Part shown: one piece after another, positions 1 through 12,100 of the stretch
Numbering within the stretch: the first letter of the stretch is position 1
Layout: every line of letters starts with the position of its first letter
The notes under the pieces: generated by a model
What the model was told of the DNA's origin: nothing
Databases searched by the model: none
What the model saw: only the letters and a program-made list of their open reading frames with translations
From: Eledone cirrhosa
Lineage: Eukaryota
NCBI GenBank assembly: GCA_964016885.1
Contig: OZ024742.1
Coordinates: 127,906,001-127,970,000 of the forward strand
Reading direction: 5' to 3'
DNA: 64,000 nt
Position numbers and translations under genes: made by a program

Positions 1-334
1 GTTGGTTTTGCCCATAAAATCTGTCCAGGGATTCTTTCCTTAGACATTCTGACCACATATCTGTAATATGGAAACTATGATCTCTTGATTCAGAGAAGTA
101 GCAGCTCTACTTGGAGCAACTCTCTGATCTCCACTCTATCAAATAACATTACTCCAAAGACTCTTTGGAGAAATCCTATTTCAGCTGCTTTTATTCTCAT
201 GTATTTGCATCAACATGTTATTGTTAAACATATTCAAGAGAGGAAACAGATGATAAAAGGAATGATAGAGGAAAGAGAAGACAGTGGAAATTTTGTTTGG
301 TGACAGTTGAGAAATGTTTTATTTATTATTTTAG

Positions 335-443
335 GAACTCAACGATGATGCTATATACCAAGAAATTGATTTCTCAGATTTTGAAAACAAATTCCAGCTT
401 TCTAATGAAAACACCAATGTGCCATTCACCCGATCTTTTAAAC
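335..443 (+). CDS. FMNL: Formin exon ([20 protein letters not shown]...)
   Basis: ttttag| acceptor and |gtaagt donor; FH2 lasso/linker-like sequence. Confidence 0.85.
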
Positions 444-2931
444 GTAAGTATTACAATTGATAATTATCATTCCCTTATTACAATTAATATATGTTACATT
501 ATATATATCTAAGATAATATACAGGGTGTCCCAAAAATACATACACACTTTGATTACCTGTACAGGCAATATTTATTACAATGCTGTTGAAGTGTGTATA
601 CATTTTAGAAGGATACCCTGTATATAACTATTGGTATGGTCCCGTAACTGCTGGTAGAGTCGTAGGGGTGCCATATTGACATACAGCGTTTCTTGGGCAC
701 TTTAAGCCTGGCGGAGCCTATAACCATTACTGATATGTAAAATTTTCTCCGTTTATTTTAGTTTGGAAGGATAGTTAAACCTTAATTTGTCACCTTTCCC
801 TTTCAACCTTCTTGGGGTCATTAAAATATACAATAGTCAACTACTGGGATCGAATTAATATTCTTATAAATCATCTTATATGTAAATGGAATTATTAATA
901 GAAAGCGAAGATCCTATTTGTGATTGATGTACATATAAATATAAGCAAAACACTGACGCATGTATGTATCTATGTTATATTATGAAGGGGAAATGATTAG
1001 AATTTAGTCACTAGCATGTGAACAATTGGCAGTATCAATAGGGAGTTGGACGCCATGCTTTGCAGCATAGAGTTATGGCCCTTTACGGTCTGAGTTCAAA
1101 TCCCGCTTGGGTTAGCTTTACCTTTCATTCTTACAGGGTCGATAAAATAAAGTACCAGTAATGCACTAGGGTAGAAACTATATATGTGCCAAGAGAAATA
1201 AATCTAGTGAACTTGTGATTAGTGACCATAAAACCAGAGTTATTAAATAACCCTATATTACTGTTATATTAAATTAATATATTTCTATGTTTTAATAGCT
1301 TGGTATAGTTTTATTCTGATTATGGGACTCCTCTTTCCTTTTTTTCATCATTTTTTTCTTCATTTTTTAATTGTATTCTTTTACCTTTTTCTTATGCTAG
1401 TTTCAGCCATTGGGCTGAAGAAATACTGCGTTATTTTATTACTTTATAATAATATTTTAATTTGTTTTAACAGCTATTCGCAAATGTAAAAATAGATTGA
1501 AAGTTTTGGATAATAACCGTGCAAGAAATTTAGGTATGTTATTTCTATATTTTTATGTCAATTTTACAATTTCAGTCTTTTTAAGTTACAATTTATTAGA
1601 AAGTTTATTAGAAAGATAGATATTTTGTTTGATAGCTGCCAAATCTTACTAAAATAACAACACACTGTCTTAAAAAAAAATAGAAAACACATCATCAGTA
1701 TTACTTTATGTCTTCTTTCCATGCCGGTATTGATTAAGTGACCCATCACACTCCACATCAGTTCATGTTTAGAGTTACTGCCCTCCTATAGAGGTCAGAA
1801 GACCACATCTTGCTTGTACATTTCATTTGGAGTGGTTTTGACAGTTGGAAGCCCTATATAACACTAACTGCTTTATAGAATGTACTAGCTACATTTTATC
1901 TTAGCACCAACACTAGAGAGGTTGTCATAACTTTGGCAGAATTAGTTCTAGATACATTAATTATGTAGTTCTAGATACATAATATCTGCAAATAAGATGA
2001 GATGATCTTAACTAAAATACCTTTCATCAAAAGTCTGCTTGATTGAGGACAACTTATAGCTAATACCAACAACACAAACATTTTACTTCCTCATTCAACC
2101 ATAAAACCATATTTTCCAACAAAATCTGAACTTAATCTGCAAAGATCTAACCAACAGTTCCTTTCATATGTTTAATGTTACACATACTAATTTATCTTCT
2201 GAAATATATATGTTGGGCTGAATAAGAATTAAAAAGAAAAAAAAACAGTATTTCTCTTTTTGTCTATATCTATATCATGTTTTAAATCACTTCAATTTTT
2301 TTTCCAGTTATAACTCAAAGAAAGATTGCTCATTCTGCTCACCAAATACGTGAATACATTGACAAATATGATACCAAAAATCTCCATGGAGATTACGCAG
2401 AACTTCTACTAAAATATGTACCAACCAAAGATGAAGTAAGATTTATATTTCTTCATGTTTCTGGGTTCTTAGCTTCAGTTATGTAATAGTTTCTAGAAGG
2501 AAAAACCACTCAGCTACATTTAATTCCATATTATCATCATGTAGTTGTTTTAAAGAAAGATTATCATTTTGACTGAAAGCCTCATCAACATTTAGTGAAT
2601 CAGTTTAAATCTCTATTCCTTCATAGTTGAATATTTCTTACAAATTGCTTTAAAGTAAAAAATAATGGTTTATTATTTAAGCATGAGGCCAGCAATTTGG
2701 GGGCATTGAAATGGATTAAACTGAGATCCCAGAACCTGACTGATACTTTATTTTATCAACCCTGGAATGAATAAGGGCAAATTTAACTTCAGCATGATTT
2801 GAACTCAGGATGTAAAAAGCCATAAAAAAAGTGATTATTTTCTCACATCCAAAGAATTTTGCCAATCCATTTCCCTCAGGAATAATAGAATTGAAGTCTT
2901 TTGTAAATAATGTCACATGGAAGACTAGAAG

Positions 2932-2991
<60 letters not shown>

Positions 2992-5900
2992 TCCTCATCA
3001 TTTCATTTTACGTCCGTTTTTCCCTGCTTGCAAGGGTGGGACGGGAACTGATTCTGGCTTGATTTCTACAGCTGGATGCCCTTCCTAACACCAACCTCAT
3101 TTACAGTGAGTGCTGGGTGCTTTATTTTATATATATATATATATATATATAACTGTGTTCACATAAATGTATATATATTTTATATTTATATATATATTTA
3201 TATTTATATTTTATATTTATATCATCATCTTATATATATATATATTTTATATTTATTTATATATATATATATATAACTGTGTTCACATAAATGACCAGGT
3301 CTATCCATATTTGTATGTGTTTGTGAATAGTATAGTTAAAATATATTAAAACTAGTAAATTTCAGATACTAATATGTACAACAATGGTAGTTACTATATT
3401 GATATTGTCACATTTTTTTATGTTAATGAGAAATACAATACATTGATTATGTAATGCATTAAATAAGTGCTCATATTTATAGAAGAACATGAATACAGTG
3501 ACAAATAGAATGACAACACTAGCAATATTTTCTTATTACTGCAAAATTTTCTTACTACTTTTATCATTGTTAGATTGAAAATCTCATGTTTCTTTATATT
3601 TTATATCATACTTACTCAATTTTTATAAATTCCCATAACTTCTTGTTTTTTCAGGCAATGGTTCTTAACAAATATTCCAAAGACTATTTCAATTTGGATA
3701 TATCAGAACAGCTGATGTATCAGGTAGGCTCAATATTATTGATATTTAAAAAGCAAGTACATGATGAGTAACTTGCTTATCAATAAATATTTAATGAATA
3801 AATGATCCCAATCGTTTTTTTGTCAAAGATATGCCACTTTCTGCATCTAACCAAAGAATTATGACCAACTGGGAAGTATTCACCCACCATTCCAATACAT
3901 ACAAGATAACCATTATGATGGCAAAGGAAATTGTGTATATTTACACAACACACATTAACACAGAAATTACATATGATTAATTAAACAGATATTACACAGA
4001 ATTAGTGTGGAATTATATAACGTACATTACACAGAAATTGTATATAAATATAGAGAATGTGTATATTTATATAACGCACATTACACAGAAATTGTATATA
4101 AATATAGAGAATGTGTATATTTATATAACAAACATTACACAAATTATGTGTTTAATCTATCTAGTTTTGTGAATATTGTAAACATGATAGTTGCTTGTTA
4201 ATTATTTAAAAAAATAAAATTTCCAGTAAATTCAATTGTTATCTTAAACTATTTTGATACGAAACTGTCTGAAATTGGCATTGATTCTATACAAATGTGT
4301 TTGTTTTAAAGGATTCATACTTAAATTTAAACTGGCCATCATAATGTTATGTAAAAACATGATAATGAGAAAGTTAGTTATATTAATAAATCCCTCCAAA
4401 TTCATAATTATTTTCAAATTTAATAAAAAATCATAGGCAATGTTTCTCCTTAGAAATATGGTAATGAAATCGTTAATTCTAATCTCAAAATATGAACTGA
4501 TTGTTTCTTTGCAGTTGTCTCACATTGATAGAGTAGAAAACAAATTGAAAGTGATGTCATTCATGGGACAATACCAAGATATTGTCAACAACATGAAACC
4601 AGTAAGTAACTGAACTTTTTAGAGAAAAATAAGTGTCAAATGTTAAAAATCATTATTGTTTTTATGTCATGTATGAACTGGGACAAAACTTTTTCAGGCA
4701 TGTTTAATATGGTCAGATGCACTTCCTGATGCCACCCATACTTTATGTTGTTAATATGTTATAAACGGCTAACATTCATCAAACTGTTACCCATGAAATA
4801 TTATTTGGACAATTATTAATTCATTCCTACTATTTGGGGTCAACATTGTGATAAAATATGCTTCCAAAAGACATAACTGGCAACATTTCTTTTTGCTGTT
4901 ATACAGAATAGCTTTTTCTAATATCTCCCATTGGAGATTGTAGTTAGTTTTAGACTTAATTAGACTAGTCATATACCTTGCTAAGGAGATAGTATTCTTA
5001 AGCTTATCATTTTTAAACAAGTTTAAATGGAAATTATATTGAGTCTTAAATGGATTCACTGTGGCTCCAATATATGAACTAGTAGAGTGTTGTGTTCTTA
5101 CAGTGCATTTATATACTATATTATTTGTTAGGCAGAATCTGTTGAGGAGAACAATCAGTGGGAACTCTACAATTGCACTCCCAGTTAGGGCAAGAATTAA
5201 AAATTTTGGGAGGATTTGAGATATTCCCATTGATGGCACCTGGTTGGTTCAGTATGCTTACAATCGAAATTCTGAGACGACATGGCAATTATATATTATC
5301 ATTTATAATTCTCTACAAACTTATGAGCTTTGTATATATAGTTTTACTTTTGCTATATATATATATATGAACACCTACCTAAGGTTCCATGCAGTGAGAC
5401 TGAAACCCAAACTATATGGTTCTAAACAAACTTCTTAGCCACTCCACCATTACTTACACCTATGTTTACTGAAATCCAATTACCAAAACACAACAACATT
5501 TAAAATGGCATGTTTTTTTTTTTATTTCCAGCAAATTAACAGAATCACTGAATGTTCACAATCTCTGTCAGATAATGTAAAAATCAAGAAAATCTTTGAG
5601 GTAAGAACCAATATTTTTATGTCAATCAATTAAAATTATTACACGCAAAGTTACAACATATATAGGATTTACATTAGATGAGAAATGACTTTATTTTATA
5701 TAAGTGGACAATAAATAAACTCAAAACACCAAGTATCAATATTCTATGTATTTTATGTTAAATAAAATCAGTATGCATATACACATATGTGCACACACAC
5801 ATATATATATAGAGATTAAGAAAGTATCACATATTCAACATCAGTTTATTTCATTACACCATAACTGTTATGTACATTTTAAAGACATCATAAGATTGTT

Positions 5901-6097
5901 TTGCAACAGTTATCTGATGCATTGTCAGCAGACAAATAAACATAAACTGTTGTTTTTATTTTGATATATCTACCATGGAAGAGACGTTGACATTTCAGTT
6001 TCAGGCAAGCATGTGTTATATGAACCACTTGCACTGGCACGCCAGGGGTAGAGGAGTGGGAACTACTATGATGGTAACAGGTGGTGAAAGTAGGCTA

Positions 6098-6133
<36 letters not shown>

Positions 6134-9100
6134 AGTTATTCCGGGTTGAATCAGAGGTAACCACAGTAAGTAAGGTATACATAGCAGAGTATAAAAGTTT
6201 TAATATAGATGAGATTCTACACAACTAGAACTGTTTCATTCTTTAGAAATCATCAGGAATCTGGCTTTCCAAAAGGGACCCAGAGTGGCCGCCGCTGACA
6301 CCAGACCAGGTGTCATACCAACAGCCATTACTGGCACCCCAAAAGTCACACCAGTGCTGCTGCTGAATGTCAGAGGCCTGGTGAAACTCAGTAACATGAG
6401 TAAAATTTCCTACCTGGGAGACTTAGCCATAAGCAATCAAGCACTATGCATGGCACTAACCGAAACGCACCTGACAAGCAGTATAGCAGATGCAGAAATA
6501 CATATACCGAAATATACTGTATTTCGTTCGGACAGGAAGGAGAGAACTCGTGGTGGGGTTGCTCTGTATATCCGTGAAGATGTCACACCAATTGTACTGT
6601 TGACACATTCAAACTCAGTCTGTGACACACTGATAATACATATGAAACAACCACAGACAGTAATATGTGTCACATATCGGCCGCCCGATGCCCCCAGTCA
6701 TGAGGGTAAATTTGAGGATAGCCTAAGTAGGATAGAAGAGGTCCTTGACAAACTGGACCAGGGTCTCAACATCCTACTGCTGGGAGACTTCAACCTACCA
6801 AAGGTCAAATGGCGGTAAGGTAGAACACATTGGTAAGGTAGAACACATTGGCACACTTTTTTCAAATTGAAAAAAAAAAAAAAAAGATGAACCACAAAGC
6901 ACTCGACCATATATATATATATATATATATATATAGTATCCTTCCTTATTAAAATGTAATATGTCTTACCATCACAATAGATATCATTCTGTTTGTTATA
7001 ACATTATAAGAAATAAATTTTTTATTGTTGGTAAACATTATTACAATTTGTTCTCATGATTTCTTATATTAACAGATTATTTTGGCATTTGGTAACTATA
7101 TGAACAGTTCTAAGAGGGGTTGCATTGAAGGCTTCAGACTTGAATCATTATTGAAAGTAAGTTGAAAGGTTTCTTCATCAATTTTGTTGGATAAGGAAAT
7201 ATTTAAGTTTCAAAAGAGACTATATAAGTTATGATAGGAATTATGTAGATATAAAGTTAAAATTATTTCCTTTGTAGAAAATAATTTCAGGGGAAAGAAG
7301 GCATACACAGTAGTGGAAGTTAGCTGCCCAGCAGATGCCAATATAATATTAAAGATTAGCAAAAAGGAGAATATTTATGTAGAACTAATGAGGAACCTGC
7401 AAACACACCACCCTGACTATACCTTCAGATTTATATACAGATGAAAAATGTTGTGGGAGATGCATAATTGATCATATCAACCCCCAGTAATGGATTGGAA
7501 TTTATTTTATCAATTTTAAAAGAATGAAGGGCAAAATTTATATTCATATTATCACTTAGTCAGGAGGAAAGGCAATGGCAAGACTGTTTTCAGGAGACTG
7601 CAAGACTGGTGGGAGGGAAGAAAGTATACTGAAATAAGAGACTTGATCTGAATGTTTTCAGAGTAGACTCTACTAAAGTCACTCAAACACCAGATGAGAG
7701 TAAAGAGGCTTCAACGGGATTTAAACTCAGAACACAAAGAGTTGCTACAAATACTACAAAGTATCCTGTCTAATGACCTAACAACTCTGCCAATCAACAA
7801 TCCAAGACTGCTACTTTATTTATTGACCCTGAAAAGACGAAAAGCAAAGTTGACTTCTGTAAAATTTGAATTCAGAATGCAAGCCCTTTCATCTGACACT
7901 CCAGCACTTCTGTCTATTCATTGCTTATAGCTGGATTCAAGCTCAGTTTGAAGAGATCATATATCTCAAAGCATGCTGACGATGTTCTACCAATTGCTTT
8001 TGGCTTTACAACACAACATACATACATACATACAGCTTTTCAATGTTTTATTCTAATTCTATTCATTAAGCTATCAGTTTTGATGATTATTTTTAGATGT
8101 ATCAGAGACCTTCATGTGGATGATATACAGATGAAAAAATGCTTCTTAAATGTTTGATTCATTATATTTATCTGAGTGTGTAAATGACTTCACTTAATTT
8201 CTTCCTCACTGCCTTCATCTTTGATATCATTTAACAATATTGTTACTTTATTTTATTTTCAGCTTTGTCAAATAAAATCCAAGGACTACAATCAAACACT
8301 GCTGGAATACCTTGTTGATATCATTTCTTGTTATTATCCAGCGTTAATGACCTGGTATGATGATCTTGATGTGCATATACAGAAATCAGGTAAATTTTTA
8401 TCTGTTCTGATGAGAGATCAATAAACCACCATCACCAACACCATCATCATTTTCATATCTGCTTTTCCGATCACTTTTCTAGCCAAATTCATACAACAGA
8501 AAATAACTATATATATATATATATATATATACCGCCCCTTTCAATGTAAAGTTATGTTGGTCCCATAACATCCAGGCTGAAACAGATGAGATCGTGTGGG
8601 TGTCACGACAAAGAGACACACAGTCCACGCTGTAAATGTGGCCGTGTGGGCAACACGGTAAAGGCCTCCCAGCCCCACACTGTGAATGTGGTTGGTGTTA
8701 GGAAGGGCATCCAGCTGTGGAAGACCCGCCAGACGGTCCACGCTGTAATGTGGCCGTGTGGGCAACACGGTAAAGGCCTCCCAGCCCCACACTGTAAATG
8801 TGGTTGGTGTTAGGAGGGGCGTCCAACTGTAGAAAACCCGCCAGACAGTCCTATGCGAGCAAGACAACCACTCTTGCCTCAAGTGAGAAAACCCCCGTCC
8901 AAACCCATGCAAGCGTGGAACACGGACGCTAAACCTGATGATGATGATGATGATGATGATATATATATATAAATATATATATATATACTGGTATCTACCT
9001 GTCTATGGTAGTACCAATAACATTGTTAGAACTCCATGTTGTCCAAAAGTAATAATACCAACAAGATCAGGTGATGAGAGTTCTTGTTTTGTAGTAGGTT

Positions 9101-12100
9101 TTCATCATATTGGATTCTGTTGAACATTCAAACAAGCTGCAGAGTCATATATATATGTTGAACAATAAAAACAAAAGGCGAAGTTTAGTGCTTACTCAGT
9201 TCATTGTTTGCTGATCGATCGTTTCAGAAGGTTGATTGATCATGATAAATCAATATAGTTATGTAAATCCATATTATTAGTCTCAATACTATAGATCCAT
9301 CTCATCATCTGTGCTTTAGAAGTTTGCTTCTAAATCATGTAATTCCAGCTTGATCCCACCGTGTTGAGCATTGGGTAAGTATCTTCTGTTATAGCCTCAG
9401 GCCGATCGATGTCTTGTGAGTGAATTTAGTAGATGGATACTGTGAAACCCATTAGTTTGTATGTGTGTTTGTGTATGACTTCATCTCCAAAACATTGTTC
9501 TGTTGGTGACTGGCATCAAGAATGGCATGAATACAGATGGATATATAATTTTATTTTTGATGATCTTATGATTTTTCTTTTTATATATTTCAGCTTCCTA
9601 TCAATCCATTGCTGTAGATATATTTAGCTTGAGAAAAGGGATTGATCTTGTCAAGTTTGAAAGGGAAAAAAATACCTGTATCAATGAAACTCTTGAAATA
9701 TCCTTTTTGACAAATATATATCTTCTTCTTCTTCTTCGTCCACTTATTCCTGAGAGGGTCGTGGGGGAGCAGAGTCCTCAAGCACTCTTTTTAGCAGGTC
9801 CTGTCAGAAACAACCGTCTCCAACTGATACATATGTTTTTGTAATTTATAACCATATATTTCTAATGAAATACTTTACTTGTGTAAACAATCATATTATT
9901 AAGGAATGTTGAGCAATTCATGAAGTTTGGATGTATGTTAGTTTAACCCTTTAGCATTTACATTAATCTATATTTACTATTATATTTTCATGGTAAAGTC
10001 TTTACCTCACATGAGTCTATAATACTTTGATATTATTTATTTTGAAAACAATACATTAACATTAGTATGAGTGGCTAGTTACAGCCAGTTTGAACAGAAA
10101 GAGGTGAGAGAAATCTGGCCAGATATGGCTGGTTTAAAGTTAACTTCTTCAACACAGGTTAGGAAAAATAGTCAAACAGGTTGGGCATATAAGACAGATG
10201 ATAACTGCTATTTTTCATAGTCAAAGACCTGCATTGAATCAGTTAACTTAAAGCTATCATACATTCAAGACTCTACATATGTGTTTTAATTAATTTTGAA
10301 AATAATCAAGAAATTGAAAGGATGTATTAAAATAACTAATTTCTTTCATTAAACTGGTATTTGGAATACAACTTAAATAAACAGTTCTTAGATAAAATTA
10401 TGAGGGAAGGTTTTAATTTAGATATGCATACTTTAAAACGAGATGTTTTGTATCATAGAGTTAGTTGTGGTTTCATATGGGTTGCTATCTAGTGTTAAAA
10501 TTAATAATACTTTCTTACATAAGCAAAAGGCCATACATTTTGAGGAAAAAGAACTGTTAGTTATATTGACCCCCAGTACATTACTGATACTTTATTTATT
10601 GGACCTCAGAAGGAAGAAAAACAAAGTTGTCCTTGGTAGAATTTGAACTTAGAATGTGAAGAGCCATAACAAAAAGCATGACACATTTTGTTCAACATTC
10701 TAACAATTCTGCCATGGTTTCTAATTTAGGCACAAGGCTAGCAATTTTAAGTGAAGGAGAAGAGTTGATTAAATCAACCCTAGTATTTGACTGGTACTTT
10801 ATTTCCTCAACCCCGGGAAGGATGAAAGTTGACTGTGGCTGTATTTGAACTCAGAATATAAAGACCCAGAACAAATTCCACAAAGCAATGTTTAATGCTC
10901 TAGTGATTCTGACAATCCACTGCCGTAAAAGTTAAAATTAATAATAGAAACATTTATAACTAGTCACTAAAAGTTATTAATCCTGTAACTATTTACTTAT
11001 TATTTCAAGGTAACCACTTTAAATAATTCACTTGAAATTATCAACACTCGTACATCAATATTTCTACTTTTGATTTTGGTTTAAGAAGGTTTGTGTTCAT
11101 CTTGTAATTATTGATCCTTAACTGTTCATACACCTTCTACAACACTGCAACAACAGATATGCATACTGTGTGGGAATCGTTTAAAGTAATGGAGGAATGT
11201 TACAAAGAAATCTGTTCTAAATTTGGTGAGAATTACAAGACAATTGATCCGGGTCTGTTTTTTAGTTACTTCAATAATTTTACCCAGCAATACAAGGTAT
11301 GTATCAGAGACTTCTTTACATTTTCACTGAACTGTATATAAACAATATATTCCCTTTTTTTGCCTTTAGTTTAGACACTCACTAACTTGCACCAATTTAA
11401 TTATGATTTAATATATAAATGGAATGCACACATGGTACTGTAACTCTTGAGGGAGTTGTAGAATGCAGATATAAATAGTTCAAAATATTGCAGGCAAATA
11501 TTTATTGGAACAGATATATCTATATATGTAAATGTATGTATGTGTGTATGTACTGTGTAGTGGCTAAACGTAACATCACAAATCAATCAATGAAAAGTTG
11601 TCATGCTCTTTCGTTTACCTGTTCTGTTTCTCTGGAGTGAGTGCAAGTCAACTTGAGAATTTTCTAGATTTTTTTTATGTCCAGACTTTTTCTGTTAGAT
11701 TTCATACAAAGTATTATAAATGTTCTAATTATTTTGATTTAAATTTAAAATTCCTTCATTATATTTCATTTTGTATTATTAGAAAGCTTTGGAGAAATTA
11801 TATGGCAGTAACCAATTAACAGCCAATTCTAAATCTCTGTCAATGAGTGCCATTTACCAGCAGACAGATTGTGACTCTGCAGCATCAACCAATGGATTAA
11901 GTAATCTTAAGTCTTCTCAAACTAGAACATCTTATACAAAGTTTAAACAAGGAACTTTTTCTGCTGGAACTCGATATGAAAGTAAGTTTTATTCTTTATT
12001 CCTTTCAAGTTGCATTGATTCTTCAGTTGTTTCATAATATATTAGTTGGGTCTACTCACTTTAATGTATTGATCTCACTAAAATATTGATGTATAAGTCA

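Noticed and set aside
1028-1110. tRNA gene
   Set aside because: The A/B boxes belong to a multicopy SINE head; no complete cloverleaf.
2831-3349. IYIYIY-rich ORFs (also 29341-29845, 39048-39251 and others)
   Set aside because: Translations of (TA)n microsatellites and SINE pieces.
6285-6818. Nested host nuclease gene in the formin intron
   Set aside because: A typical LINE endonuclease fragment, truncated after GDFN.
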